Below are positions 38,201-52,504 of a stretch of 64,000 bases of DNA, one piece after another (within the stretch, counting starts at the first letter, position 1; each line of letters opens with the position of its first letter). The position numbers were made by a program, and so were the translations under genes. The stretch comes from Marsupella aquatica. Taxonomy: Eukaryota; Plantae; Marchantiophyta. The stretch is taken from positions 11,608,830 to 11,672,829 of the forward strand of contig OZ316896.1 in the NCBI GenBank assembly GCA_973895155.1. Direction: 5' to 3'. Under the pieces are notes generated by a model that was given only the letters and a program-made list of their open reading frames with translations, ran no database searches and had not been told where the DNA came from.

Positions 38201-40300
38201 GGTGTCCAACGTGGAGGCATCAATTCATCCAAATTCTTAGCTGATTGTTCACCAGGCCGCATCCATGTAGGTGAAAGTGACTCATGGATTGTGGATCTTA
38301 GTATATTCTCAGTAACATTTTTTTTATTTGAAATAAATTATTTTAAGGGGAAATCTGTGAAACCCCACAGACAAAGAATAGTAGACCTATGAGTCTCAAC
38401 TCAAGTAGCTACAACATTTGAACTGTAGGCCTATGAGTCTCAACTCAAGTGAGCTACCACACAGCCACATCTCTCTGGGCAATATTTTTAAAATTGAAGC
38501 AGAAAACTTTAAACCAACAGCCTTATAGTGGTTAAACTCTTCACATATAAGATAATATATCCAAGTGCCCATGCACTTTGCGTACGACCGACCATGACCT
38601 CTACCAGCTTTGAATTGAACCCTCTTGCAAACTCATCCCAACAATGTTGTGTGGATTTGAAGCTATCCTTCTTGGTACATTTAGACACAATGGCAACACA
38701 CTCCTTCCACCAATTGAATGCATTCTGCATTCTCTGATTCTACACAAGAAATAGAGGTATTTCACAACTTAAGAGTGAATCTTTCTCTCTAATGTCTACT
38801 CTTTTGCTGTGTGTAACATCCACCCGATGACAATGTGGTCAATAATTATCCTTAGTAACAACTTGTTGTAGATGTCTTTTCCCACTCCTTGACAAAACCA
38901 AAATAGGGCCATTGGGGCCCGCATTGAGGTCCATTTGAGCAACAGATTTGTAGGGTTCGCTCATCAACATTATCCATTGAAATGCATAAAACATAAAAAA
39001 ATTACTAAGTTAAAACAATGTCCAACTTAAGAAAGAAGCCAACTTTGGAAATCTGTATCTGTTTTGATGCTCTATGAAACTTAGCATGCCCACCTCATTG
39101 GAAAGCACTGCCAATGGTATTAGGATCAACAATTATTGTTCAGGTACTAGGGACAAATCACAGGTTCATCATTCATTTGTGGATTACAGAAAATATGTTA
39201 AGTAACATTCAAGAAAAGGCAACTGACTTTGGAAATTTGCATGTGCATTGATGCTCAACAAGAATTGGCAATGTTGGGCTCATGGAAGCTTCTAATGGTA
39301 TCCAAACTGGCAATTGTTGTCAAGTTACAATGGAGAAATCAACAGTTGATATTTCCAAGTACAAAAAATCCATCAGCTTTCAAGGAATGACAATGGGATT
39401 AGTTGCAAAATTGATGAATGATGTTGGGCTTGTTGGAAGAAAATCTCAAGAAGTTTGTATTGGTACCAAGATTGAGAGTTTTCATTGAAAAATCAGAGAA
39501 AGTTACGAGATGGACTCTTCCATTGGTTGCCTTGACACACGAACATAATCTTTTGACAAAAATGGTTTTTGCAACTTGAAATTTTATAGTGCAACCAACA
39601 AAGGCGACTTGATGTACTATAGAGCTACATCTTCTAATACTTTACTATCTTAGTGTATTAAAAAATTATACAAAGTTACGCTATCATACCTTATTTGAAT
39701 TTATCAAATAATGGAAAAGATTATGATTTTGTTAAAGTTATTGTGAGCAAGGGGGCTGGAGGCACAGTAGTCTCAAACAGTGTGCACACAAAAATGCAAG
39801 GCCACCAGTACAGGCACCATGAGAGACTCTTTAAGACTTATGAAATAAATATAATATCAGGAAGACTTTGCTCACATTTAGTGTGTAGCACATTGGTGGT
39901 GGCCTTCTCGGTGGTCTTCCGTTCAAACTGAAGGTTTGGGCTTAAGCCATGCCCTCATCGTTACTTTTCATCCAGATGACAAGGCTTGAGAAGGGGCAAA
40001 ATTAATAAGCAATTATTTAAAGTTAATAAAGGATTAGGGAAAGGAGGTCAATTATTAAATTCAAATTTGATGGAAGAACAAAGAAGACAACCAAAATTAA
40101 CATTAAAATAATAACCAAAGAAAAATGGGCATGTGAGACTGAAACAGAGATGCCTTGTCAATGTGATTTTTTTTAAGGTGCTACATTAGGCTAAACAATT
40201 CTGTGAGGCCTACCATCTTTGCCTGAACACAACGCCAGTTTTTTTAGGTCTCCATAAGATTTGATTTTTCTCTTCAAACACAAAGTCATTTTAACCAGCA

Positions 40301-40464
40301 CCCGGGCATTGTGTTCAAATATTGGCGTTGTGTCAAGTTGGATACTGTGTTTGAGATTTGACCCTAAACTGTTCTACTTGGAGCACAAATAGTAAAAAAT
40401 TCAAGAATCATATAACAATGCCAATATCCAAACACAACGTCAATACTTGAACACAACACCCGGG
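40301..40464. repeat. Inverted repeat with about 45-bp arms (MITE or fold-back)
   Basis: cccgggcattgtgttcaaatattggcgttgtgt pairs with acacaacgtcaatacttgaacacaacacccggg. Confidence 0.75.
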
Positions 40465-40794
40465 CTTTGAGGGTCATATAAAGAAATTATCATTTGACAA
40501 TCCTGGTCAATCAATCCAAGAGTACACAAAAATACTAAAAAAATCTGATGGCTCAGGTTGATTCCCTCCATCTCCAATTTTGTCAGCAATCAAAAGAACT
40601 TTGGCCGTCATTGCATATTATGGAAGTAGATGAGCTCAATGCCCATGCATTGCATGATTGGTGAGGGTAGAACATGCAAGGTGCTAGTGATGTTCCTTGA
40701 TTTTCCTGCCCATAAGGCATGAATAATGTTGAGTTTTTTAACTGAGTTTGGTGAAACAAACTTATATTTTGAAAGAGAACCAGAATTTAAAAAT

Positions 40795-41770
40795 CAGGGA
40801 AAAACAAATTACAATGAAAGGAAATAAAGAGAATTCCAAAGAGGACAAACACCTAACCTGAAAAAAACAAGTGTAAACCTAAAAAATGACGAAGAAAAAG
40901 AGAAAAGTGTCAAACACTACATGAGTGCAAACTCAATGACGAGTGTCTACATTGGAAAACGTGACAAGAGCTAATGCGCCATATTCAATGTCCTAACTAA
41001 ATCAGCAAGTGGGACAGGAATGTCCTCTAGGGGGGCTAGCGTCCACGAGGGCATAGTGGCGCCCACTGTGAGGGATCAACGAAAAATGGCTTGAGTCTGG
41101 GCACGCGGTAAGGCCACTGAAATGTGCTGACAAAAATGTGTGGTCAAGATGGATAGTGGGGGTCTGGAGGAACCATCTGTCCGTGAATATCACAAGTAGC
41201 CTGCCAAAGAAGTCCATCAAACTGATGATGAAGACACCCAAATTTCTCAATAGCGAGGGGGAGAAAGGTATCAGATGGAGCTCGAACGACATATTTTGCC
41301 TCCTTTGTCGAGGCCGCCCGAGATGCTGCTGCCGCTGCCCCTGCTGTTGTTGTCGCTATCTCCATGAGGTCCTGACGCAAAGGGTTTGCTACAAAAACAT
41401 CTGCCAAAGTAAGACGACCATCACAAACCATGGTCAAATCAACCCGCAATTGCTGTGGGGGAGGACCAGGTAGCTCAAGCATCACCTCTTGTCGCATGTG
41501 TACCAGAGATAATTTGAGTAGTAACATCTCTCATAACATCTCTCACAACTATGTTTTTGCCTCTCAAACTGCATCAAAGAAGATGAACCTGGGTGGCATC
41601 ACAAGGTTTCTCACATGTGCATGAAGTGGGTAGACCAACAAGAAGAGGATGAGGTAGCCTCAGACAAAGATAAATGACAATGGAGAACTCCTCTGAAGAC
41701 ATCTGCAGATGAGGGATGGCCGGATTGGCCTGAAGCCACCCTCCAACACCTTTTGCTCCGGAAAAAAGAA
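40795..41770 (-). mobile_element. Second, more decayed copy of the CRE-like non-LTR retrotransposon
   Basis: EVMLELPGPPPQQLRVDLTMV..LADVFVANPLRQD..KEAKY..FLPLAIEKFG aligns with 7961-8760. This copy has frameshifts and deletions, and a T-rich tail. Confidence 0.88.
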
Positions 41771-42018
41771 CATATAAATTTTTGTGAAAGAACTTTATAG
41801 ATGTTCAAGTCCAATTTTGAGCATTTAAAAAACTATAAAGATAAACATACTAAATGTTTAGGGTATTTGTGAACACAAAACTGTTGTGCATGATATAGGA
41901 CCCCCCTCACAGTGAGCCCTGGAGACAAGGGCATGTAGGGAGGACAACGAGGCATAGGGTGTCCACCGAGGCCAATATAACTATCTTACTATATAATTGC
42001 AAGCAGAAGTTACTTTTA

Positions 42019-42265
42019 AGGGCTATGGTCTAGAGTGAAGCCTCTAAGACCATAACTCAAATAAGGACACTGTCTAGAGTGAAGCCTCAAGACCGTAATT
42101 CAAATAAGGACAATATGTATAATGACTCTCAATAAGACAAATCTAAAAGGTGCACAAAAAATAGGTATGCAAAGATAACGGAAAAGAGTATACATTTTTT
42201 TGTTTTCAATTTTTTTTGTTTTCAATTCTATTTAAGTTCAAATAACGGTAGTCAGGCTAGTTACC
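42019..42265 (+). repeat. Hairpin-headed dispersed repeat; inverted copy at 52505-52690
   Basis: GGGCTATGGTCTAGAGTGAAGCCTCT(A)AGACCATAACTC head, duplicated in tandem here, followed by a body of about 150 bp shared with the reverse complement of 52505-52690. Confidence 0.8.
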
Positions 42266-43047
42266 CAAAATAGATGTCTAATGCCTGATTTTTCCTCGTC
42301 CAGATGACAATTAATAAGTAGATATTAGCCAGAATGAGTGTGGTTACTGGTTAGATATTTTGGTATAGATAGAATAGAAGATAGATTGACAGATAGATAG
42401 AGTTTGGCCCTTTTCTTTGTTTTCAAAACAATTATTCTAAGGCAGGCCGTGTGGGCAGTCTAAGCGAAAAGCGTGTCATCCAGCCATCCGTTTCCAGGTC
42501 AGTTCCGGCGCCCTCGCCGTGTAGTAAATCATTCTGTTGGACTCATTAATTAAACAAAGCGACACTTACTCAGCGACTCAGCGAGTGAGATACAGACTGT
42601 AGCCACAGTAAGGATAATGATCCGTCAGATCAAGTAAGCTTGCGTCCAGGGGCATCCATCCGTCCGTCCATCCAAATAATTCAGAGAGTTCTTTCTTTCT
42701 AGAACGCTGCGAAGTCGTCCTCATTATTGAAGCCTTCTTGACGAAGCAAGCAGCGGTGTCATCGCCCAACCTCTAGAATATTCGCCACTACGACACCTTT
42801 GGAGGAGGAAGAGGATTTTGCGTGATTTCTCCTCTTTGGACTTCTCGATCCTGACTTTGTGGAAGAGCCACTTCGTCGGTCGGGAGATCTTCAAGCTCAA
42901 GTCTCTGGGTGCGTTTTAGTTCGATCGGTTGATTGATTGGGAGATCACGAAGAGCGGAGAAGCGGAGGAGAAGAGGAGGATTTTGTTGCCTTCATGCGAG
43001 TGATTAGAGGGTGCGATTGGCATAAGCGTGTAGAGAGGTCGAGAGCG

Positions 43048-44656
43048 ATGGCGAACAGCGAGGAAACGCCAATGTTGCAGAACGAGGAGCAAATTTACAA
43101 GGGAGAGAAGAGCCCCGAGAGTAAGCATGCGGAAGAGAAGGTGGCCGTCGAGAACAATGAGCCGGAGGCCGTTTGTGGGTTTCCCGTGGGGCCTGTCGGA
43201 GAGGGTGTTGTGATGGGGGAGCCCATTCAGCAGCCCCGCCAACCTTGGTCGACACACTTCTTGGCCTGCCTTGGCAGCAATGACGAGTTCTGCATGAGCG
43301 ACATGCAAGTTTGTAAGTTTCTTACTTCCCTGCGTTGCATTATTGACAGTGGTCTGATTGAGTAGGCTTGAGAATCACCCTGTCGGTGAGAATACCTTCC
43401 CGGCTCTTCCTGTAGCTTTGAACCGCGTTGCTAAGAGGTTGTTCCCAATGAAATTTTGAGAGATGTCGCCGGACTGTCGTCGCTAGGTTCACTTGCTGAT
43501 GTCTCTGCTCAGTCCTTCGCCTTACTCGACCGGTTAGACGTCCGGAAGGCATCTATAAGATCACACCTGGATCTTCCTCAATGACAAGCCCTACAAACAT
43601 GTAGGATCTTGATGATGACTTCCACTTCGTTACATCAATGACAAATGCTAGACTAGCGGTTCCAAGTCTTATCCAACAACGAAAGCTTTCATATCTAGTG
43701 TTGTTTAGAAACTTTGGAATTGGCATGCGGAGATGATACTTGATGACCACCAGAACACACCTCATCTCTTTCGAGCTAGTTGGGAATGCTGTCATCATGA
43801 GACCGGGGGGAACTGGGAGCACCTTTCGGTAGACAATTGACTTCAATTGTATCGTGATTGATCTGTCTGGTGGAATTATGGATACATGGATCTTGTTATC
43901 GTTGAGCTTTGTCACGGTCTAGGGAGAAGCTTTAGCGGGAGTTTTTCGTTTCTTTCGACAGATCCACGCTAGACGGCTTCGGAGTTTACAAAGAGTGGAA
44001 CTAATTACTCTGTGTTCCATGTCATTGAATTACTCTTAGAAGTCATGGCCGGCTTTCTCTCATGTACTTGGGCTCGTATTTTTTGATATGCTGGACAGGT
44101 TTGTTGGGATGGGTTGCTCCATGTGTGCTCTATGCCAGCAATATGGAGCAGCTGAATCCAGGCCAGGACTCCTTCGTCAGTCACTGCATGGCGTACAGCA
44201 GTCTCTTCGCGATGGGCAACTTCCTCTTCGGCGCGAACTCTATTGCTCCTTGTTTCTCCTTCCCGGGCCGTATTGCTCTTCGCCAGGCTCACAATTTGGA
44301 GGTGAGCTCGTCTGCACTAGAGTCTGTTTCAAGCGAATTGCATTTTATGCAAGGTTGTGGTCGTAGGCTTGCCGTCCGGTGAACTAGGTGAGCACGCTGT
44401 CGTCTCAAATGCCCTACCTTCTCTTTCGCAGGGACACGGTGAGAAGTTTGTGAAGTCCATCGGATGCTGCTCCGGGTTGATAAAGTCTGACGAGGAACGC
44501 GAGCAGTGTGATTCTTTCTGCGACTTTACGTTGCATTTCTGCTGCCACCAATGGGCTCTTTGCCAGGAAGGCCGTGAAATTCGCCGCAGAATTGCCCATC
44601 GTGGACAGATGCCCCACTGCTACATGGCTCCCCCATCACAGCAGACCATGGAATAA
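43048..44656 (+). CDS. PLAC8/FW2.2-family protein, cell number regulator 8-like, 3 exons
   Basis: Exons 43048-43312, 44099-44301 and 44432-44656 are in phase. Motifs: WSTHFLACLG..DMQVCLLGWVAPCVLYASN, RIALRQAHNLEG, CDFTLHFCCHQWALCQEGREIRRR, APPSQQTM. Confidence 0.93.
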
Positions 44657-44902
44657 GTCAATTTGAAGGTACAGCGATGTGGAAAGCACGGGAAAGGTTA
44701 CGATCGTCTGGGTTTGAGATCCGGTGATATGCTATTATGAGTCTCAAGTACTTTTAGGAGCCCTTCTCATCCGGCTGATAAACTGTCATTGCCGCCAGTT
44801 GTACCGTTCTTGACTTTGGAGCCATTTCTCTCCACGAGGGATTTGTTTTATGATGATCGCGAGCAGTGAGTTTGTAGTCAGTGAAAAGGTCTGTCAAATA
44901 AG

Positions 44903-45021
44903 GGGCCCGCACGAAGTAGACATCAGTTGTCTAGTTATAACGACAACTTTCGGGTAATATTTTGGCCCGCACGAAGTAGACATCAGTTGTCTCGTTATAA
45001 CGACAACTTTCGGGTAATATT
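44903..45021. repeat. Near-perfect 60-bp tandem duplication containing a palindrome
   Basis: ggcccgcacgaagtagacatcagttgtct(a/c)gttataacgacaactttcgggtaatattt occurs twice. Confidence 0.92.
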
Positions 45022-47290
45022 TGCTTCAAATAGTGAACGGTTTGGTGGTCTGTCAGTTTCAGCTTGCAATAACTTCACTGTGCTCAATGCCAGTCAAGCA
45101 TTTCGTAAGACATTGTAAAATAGATGCTTTGAATGTGTCCTCTCTGTGCTACTTCCACGAATTCATGGTTATTGGATTCGTTATTGTTCTGCTGATATAT
45201 ACTATCGCATGGTCCAATGCATCTTGGTTAATTTGAAGTGTCTACCTAGTGATGACAACTCGTAGATACTAATAGCATCGTCTTGATATAACATCAACTA
45301 CAGTGGGGAGTGGGATTCTCTCATAGAGTGAATTCTACAAAGGATAGTGTATGACAGCCCCTTGGATTCTATCTGTCAATTGTGTTTTGGACAGAACCCC
45401 TAGATTGTTCACAATCGATCCTCAGCAATAGGTGTACCTACGAGCTGTAGTGGTGAAGGTGCACATCTTGAATTGCAAGAAACTGTTTGTTAGCATCGTC
45501 CATTGTCTGAAATTTGTTTAGGAAAGCCGAGGCTCAAAATCAGATGAAGAGCAGGGAGTAGTCTTCCTTCATCAGGGGTTCAAAGTTGTTTGTCTAGGAA
45601 CGAAGGACCAAATTGCTTCAGCTTCCAGTTCTTTTCTTGAATTTCCAGCAGTCTATAAAGTTCTGAACTATGGTTGGGCGTGGAATCGGAGGGAATTGAG
45701 CGGCAAGCCAAGATGTGATCGTATATATACCCCAACCTACTGGCCTCTTCAGGAAAGGAGCCACTCATTAACTTCAGTATCCCTAGATACGCTATCCTAT
45801 ACTGACTAAGTCAGAAATTACTGACTGAGTCAGGAATTGAAAAGTTCCAGCTCCTAGTCGGCTCAGATCCCCTTTCCTTATTGGAGACGAAACCTCCATC
45901 TGACGTCAACTTTCTGCGAGTGAGGCCACTTGTGTGTTCCAGTGCTTGAAGCTGAGTATGGACACATTTCTGTCTCTCATACTTCACTCTTTGCATAACG
46001 TTTTTTGTAAAGCCTTCAAACTTAGCGGCCAGATGATTGACTTTTTGATGTAAAACACATCATCCCAGTCATTGCATGTTGAGTTCTCCACGCGCAAAAA
46101 GGAAGTTTTGACTCTTTATATACCATGACTACATTACAAGGTTGACATAGCCTCTTGAGATGTGGGGACGCAGTGATTGAAGCAAAATACGACGCACTTA
46201 GGGCTAACCACCATACTTTCATCCACTTGTAAGCTCCTACGCGCAATTTGACCTTCTGCCCTACAGGTCCACGAGCTCGTCCAGCATCCTGTCCTCAATA
46301 GATGTGCTGTTTTGCGGTGAAGAGAACAATGGTACTGGAACGATGTCCCTGTTTCCGTGGACACGTACTCAAGGACCGTCCATATCGAGAATAAAGAGAA
46401 CCCTCAACGCCCACGCAAACCTATCAGGGCAAGCCTGTATTCAATGGATCCATCACCTAGCCAACCAAAAGAGACCAAGTTCAAGTTCTGCAGGAGACAA
46501 ATGACATGAGAGTGGGTCAAAGATCTGTTGCTTGTTAATTAAAATGAAGTTTACTGTATCAGATTAAAAAAGAGGGTCATTGATTGTATATAAAACGTTG
46601 TACTGAATCATAGGTGAACGGGTGAAAAGCTCTGGTGGTGGGCATGAGAATTTAATTGGAACAACAGATACAAATTAAAGCCACGGGTGCATCAAAGTGG
46701 ACAAACGGTCACTTTTTGATACTTTGAAAGGTCAGTCGAGATTATTGAGTCCTCTTGAGTTTGGTGTGATTATCTAAATGAATGATCATGTGTACGGCTG
46801 TCATTACGGGCTACAAAGTAACACCAGCAGACCTCTACCTTTGTGTAAGCCGTCCTAAGAGCAATCCTAGCAAAGGAGAAGGTAAACACAGACACAGGAC
46901 GAGAAAAGTTCTTTGTGAAAAATTTCACAGTACAACCTCGTTGCTATGATACTCAAGTTGCACTTACACAAATGAGAGCGCCAGTATATATATGAGATGA
47001 GTTGCATTCAAAGGTACGGGACCACGTACACATCCCTCCAGCTCCTACTGCAATTTAGAATGAAGGAAGTTTTGAGATCATGTTAACAATAAACTTGCCC
47101 ACTAGAATCACCGCTAGCCGTTTTTATCTTCTCATACCAATGCCGGACCCAAAATTTCTTCAAGTGCATAACGACAAACATATTGCTCTACGACTCCGTC
47201 ATGACTCAAAGGTGACAAGTTCATAAGAGAGCAAAGTGATAATGAGCTGTAAATCCTACGGATGAGAATGCAAAGAGTAGAATTGACCTG

Positions 47291-50200
47291 TTACTCTTCT
47301 TCTTCGTTGTCTGGCTCATCAAAAATTGGCTTAGGCTGCGTTTCTGCATATGCTGGTCCAAAGAAACTGGGTTCCTTGGCAGCAGCATCTGCATGTTTCA
47401 GGATGGCCTCACGAGGATCTTCCTCCATCCAGGTTTGTTTTATCAATCCACCCTCCTGAGAAAGAACCAATTGTTTCGGACATTAACCCCGTGCATCTCA
47501 GTGCTTCCCGTTTACAGTACAGGTAATGAACAGAATATAAAATGCGGATACGGGAACGAACAAATGTAGGCATAGTCACCTTCATCAGATACTGCGTAAG
47601 AAGACTGCCTTTTGTAGTCCCAATTCTTCCACCAAACCCGGGCCCTGTGACTGGCAAGTCAGGTCGCCTCGACTTGATTGGATCAACTAGAGCTTTCTCA
47701 CGTTGTCGTTTCCTGCTGGATTCATCTCTGAACATAGGCAGCGCATGAGGACTGTGAATCACAGGTTTAGCCACAAAGTCGTCTACGGACTTCTTCCGCG
47801 GGGCTCGTGACACGCATACTAGGGCACCCCTGACACTCATCGAAGGATCATATAGAACTCGTGTACATCCTTCGGTCCTGTTGCCTGAAGTCACAAAAAT
47901 CTGCAGAAAGGCCAAGCCACGGTCGGAAACTTCACTGAGGCAATGATCGAATGTGGCTATTTATGTGAGCAAAGCAGATGGATGCGATAATTCCCTCAAT
48001 GGATTCAAGGAACAGAGATACAAACCTTCAAATTCGTGGACGGAATCAATCGTTTATGTCAAACAGCCATTGCAATTAACACATTCATGACTGCTTTACC
48101 CAATTCACAATAACAAAAACAACTGGCATATAAAAGACTATAACACAGAAGAAAGACGGGACCTGATTGAGCCGTGGATGCCAGACACTGCACACACCAC
48201 TGTGGTTGGCTGACAACCCGAGTTTGTGCGTAAGTTCAAGACGAGTTTTGTCAAAGAACATAAGTGCACCGTTGCCACCTTTCTCTGCCGATGTACCTGT
48301 GAGGATCAGACGCTCATCTGGACTAAAGGAGACATTGGTCTGGGCGTATGAATTGCTCAAGTCCTCAAATACTTTCAGAGCCTTCTTACTCTGGCGAAGA
48401 TCCCAAACCTGAAACAGAAACAAAAAGATTCAGACGAGTTCACAGTTTCAACTGGAAGACGACTCCTCCGGCATTCTAATATCGGACAGAATGATCATAT
48501 TCTGTCAGAGCTAACTATGTAGAATTTAGAGATTTTCAACATCACCAAGCATATATGTATTGACTACCCTGTATAAGCACTCAGCACTTGAAGCAGAGAC
48601 ATCAGCACATTCTACCGGAGTCTTATGACTCCAGAAAACTTCTCAAACTCAATTGCCCAGTGTGTGCTGACCTTCATGGTGGAATCCGTACTTCTAGAGA
48701 GCAGTGTGTGTCCATCAGCTGAGAAACACAGTCCAGTCACATCATCGCCTCCTTCGTGAGCTTTCTCTATGAAAATATCGGGTCTAGAACCCCAACCAGC
48801 TTTAACATTCCAAACCTGTTCCAGAGGGAATGGTAGACTTTAGTGGTAAAGAATACACATTGAAGACTGCATAGAATACATAGCCAAAAACTGGCATGAA
48901 TGTCCCTTCCAGACCAGGAAAAAGAAGCTAATTTGGGCTAAGCGAATAGTTCCTCGAGTTTGTGGTAGTCCTGAATTCAGGACTACCACAAATTGGCGGA
49001 TTGATCAGGGAATTTTCGCTCTAACTTGCGAGGCATGCCGTCAAAGCATCCGAACACTACACGTACCACAACAGGAATCCTAGTCTCGAGGGTGAAGCGA
49101 TTAACTCCTAGCTTACGCATAGTCAGCATTCTTTTGCTCAAAAGGATAGGAGGGACAGGAACAGACCTGCACGGATCCATCTGCAAGACCACCGGCAAGA
49201 CATTTCCCATCTGTCCCCCAACAGCAGCTGGTTACAGACACACGGCCAGGCCTAGCAAGCTTGGGTTTTATAACCTGCATGGGCAGTTATGGTTTCACGG
49301 GAATGGTCAGGAGTCAACAGTGGTCTAGCCTTACAGAAACAAGCTAGTCTGCTAGAGCAAGCTACAACGTCTGCAGGACAAGTCAATTCCATCCTAAAAA
49401 CAACGGTGTTTACAACGTGATTCAAGTAATTTGTTTAGTTACTTGGATAATGGCACGAATATATAATAAAAGGCTTTCAAGGAGTCTTGCTAACTTTCAA
49501 GGGACAATATTTTGAATGGGTTAACGACTTTTCTCACCTGCTTTTGTGATTTGAAGTCAGTAACGTCCCAAATACGAAGAGACCCATCTTCTGAAGAGGT
49601 TAAGGCCTTTTCACGATCCTTGGGATGCCATTGGCCTGCAGTTAGTCCCGATATGTGACCCTTAGTGTTCTTGAGGTCACGTATATACATATCACCTTTT
49701 AGAAACTCGCCTAGAGTAAATCCATCTCTATCATAAATCTGCAGAGAATAGCACACAGACGCGTCGAAGAATTAGGCCAATCTCAACAATGTTCAGTTTG
49801 GACAGAAACGCCTTCGACCGTGGCCTCAATGTTCCTCGCATTGATGTCTGTACCTAATTCAGACCTATGAAAACTCTCCAAGAGTTTGTGAATCAAGAAC
49901 CCCTATTTCAAGAAAACTAATGGAGAGGAAAGGGACCTTCAAGGCCACAGCTTGCAACATCCTTGCATTAACCAATTTTGATTCAGAAAGCAAACAGGTC
50001 ATTGCCACCTAGATGGAAGATTACACACCTTTGCTTGCGCAGCGCCAGTGACAGCTATGAACTGATCAGCAGTGGGGCTCCAACTCAGGGACCGAACTTG
50101 GTGACCTTCACTTGGTTGGAGCTGACGAAAGGATCGTAGCTGCGAATTCATTCCTTGAAAGTCGTACATGCTTACCATATAATCATAACTGCCTGCCAGG

Positions 50201-50695
50201 ACACGAGACCCGGTAGGATCCACGGCAAGAGCAGAAACAACCTGCAAGCGAGTGCGACCATATTCCCATGAGCAAATTCTGTGAGTTTGTGTGCTTCCAT
50301 TGCCGAATGAGAAAGAAGCAATTTCAACTGTACAATACAAACTCACAAGGCGTCTCATGATCTTCTCAGCCAGACGATTGACCCTTAAACTCACTCGACA
50401 GCATGCATTCAAATTAACTGGGAGAAAAGATGAAACAAACCTTCGTGGGCCCTTTGAGCGAAATTTCGTTGCTCAGGGGAACTTGAAATTCATCTCCTTT
50501 GTCCTCGGCATCACCACCATCATCGTCGTCGTCGTGGTTCTCCCCGTCTTCACTATCGCCGTTGACCTTCGCCAAATCCCTTTTAATCAGTCCCGCTTGA
50601 AAACGATGCCGTTCTTCATCGTCTTCAAACTCGTCCTCAACACCACTACTGGTGTGAGTGTTGCTCAACCTGCTAGGTCTTGGTGGACCCATCAT
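47291..50695 (-). CDS. WDR70: WD40-repeat protein, WDR70/gastrulation defective 1 homolog, 8 coding exons
   Basis: Exons 50441-50695, 50029-50241, 49538-49738, 49167-49274, 48672-48815, 48163-48408, 47580-47900 and 47291-47455 are in phase. Motifs: GPPRP, GSYDY..YDFQGMN, KGDMYIRDLKNTKGH, PHALPMFR, EDPREAILKHA, AYAETQPKPIF. The start codon is somewhat uncertain. Confidence 0.93.
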
Positions 50696-52504
50696 CGTGA
50701 ACAGAGGACCGCCCCTCAACCTTTCCCACGCTCTTTGAACTAAGGAAGGAAAATTAGAGGACCTAATGAATCGTTGTGCTCACATTCCTTGGACGAAAGG
50801 GCAGGTCCACGTCGAGAAGAAACATTACGAGTCCAAACTGATTGTTACTAGCAGAAACAGTGCGGGTTTCTTTCCCTCCTTCCAATCCTCCAAACTGGAG
50901 TTATGCATACTCAATCATTACGTAGCGATTGATCGATTACGAGACAGGTTCGGGCCTCGGGGAAGAATGTCACGGAATTCAGAACTCACTCCCTCCCTTC
51001 CACTCAAAACCCCTCGAAGAAGCCTTTAGGGTTCCAGATTTGTGCTACAGCTCGCTCGTTGACGGGACCAGTTCTCAGGTCGCGTTTTGAGTGTTCTCTT
51101 GGTTTGTAAAATAATATGATTCACTTTTCGAGCTTCTACTGCGGTGATTGCTCCGGAATGTCGATGAACGCCATCGCTGTTAGTAAAGGGTTGTATAGAG
51201 AAATAGGTAGGCTTCAGGTTGAGGAAGATGATTTCATTCGACGATGGTTCAGCAAAATGCTTCAGAGGGGAGGGAAGTTACGTGCAGGCTTGTTCTCCTT
51301 TCCTCTCATGGGGATCCTCACTCATGTCACATGAAGCCTCCTCCCCTTCACTCCAATTCTTAATGTTTTTTTTTAAAAAATTTCTTGTTTGAGAACCCCC
51401 TTTAGATCTATATTTATTTTTCAATCTTGCACATCCTTTGCTAGAATAGGTTGTTTTATCCTTCTATTCAAGTTATATTAAAATTATTTTTCATACACTA
51501 TAAATACCTAGACCCTAAGCTATCTATTCTGAAGGGTGTGATGGAATCACAAAGTTATGAGAACCAAACATTTCGCCCCCTCCCCTCTTAAGTAGAGCTT
51601 AGAGTTCTGTTTCCTAAGTTTGTGGTTTTGAATAATTTAAGTGTCGCTAGCTTAACTCATTATGAGAAAAACATGAGAGTGCCCACCATTTTTTGAAAGT
51701 ATTCACAATAGTTTAGAAGCTAAACAATTTTCTACTGGAAAACTGACATGTGGGGATAGAAATGGGGCCAACACTTTGTAAAGGAATAAGTGGTGAAGAG
51801 AATACACTTTGTAAAGAAATAAGCATTGAGACACAAATACCAAATAACCCAAAGTTATTTATTCTTGCTTTAAAAAGGTTACTAAAAAATCCATGCAAAC
51901 TCTAAAAAGGAATGATTAATTATTCTTCTCAACATGTGAATCCTTTTGAGAGTGAATTACTACAAGACAAACTATTTCATCTTTTTGGGGGGAATCTTCA
52001 CACTTTTAGGTACCTTAAGGAATTTTATTTTTCTCATTTATCTAGATACAATAGTCCTAAAAGATTTTTATTACCATTTGGGGAAAGTTGTTTAAAGTTG
52101 GAGCAACCCGGCTGAAACTCCTCCCTTGTGTGTTTAAAAAAGAGTTGTGGACCAGAACCAATCCTGCCCGACCGATATTGGCCTGAACTTGTTTTTTCCT
52201 GCATCATTGGATTGCCAACATACCCCACCTAAAGCCTGCCTGCTTGCCTGCAAAAATAGTTGTCCTAAATAAAGGCCAAATAGCTTCCTGCCAAACGGAA
52301 ACTTACTTTGGTACGTGTCAGAAACTTCTCAAATGAGCATCTAGACATCTCTGCCCCATGATAGAATGCCCATCTCGCTCATGATAAAGGGCATCAGTTT
52401 AAAAACTGGAATTCTAAGCTTTAGGGTTTTGAGTCTCAATTAATTCCAACTGTCGAAGTCAAATTACACCTCTTCCAGTTGAGTTAGTGACCCTACTGTA
52501 GTTG

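Noticed and set aside
35500-39600. Possible hAT or other DNA-transposase remains (e.g. AFNWWK)
   Set aside because: Fragments are too short and degenerate to assign a family by eye.
44903-45021. CRISPR-like palindromic repeats (also the short duplications at 24236, 38385 and 53770)
   Set aside because: Only two adjacent units, no unique spacers, no cas genes, and a eukaryotic context.
45580-46504. Cluster of short ORFs between PLAC8 and WDR70
   Set aside because: 60-76 aa each, no motifs and no consistent splice pattern.
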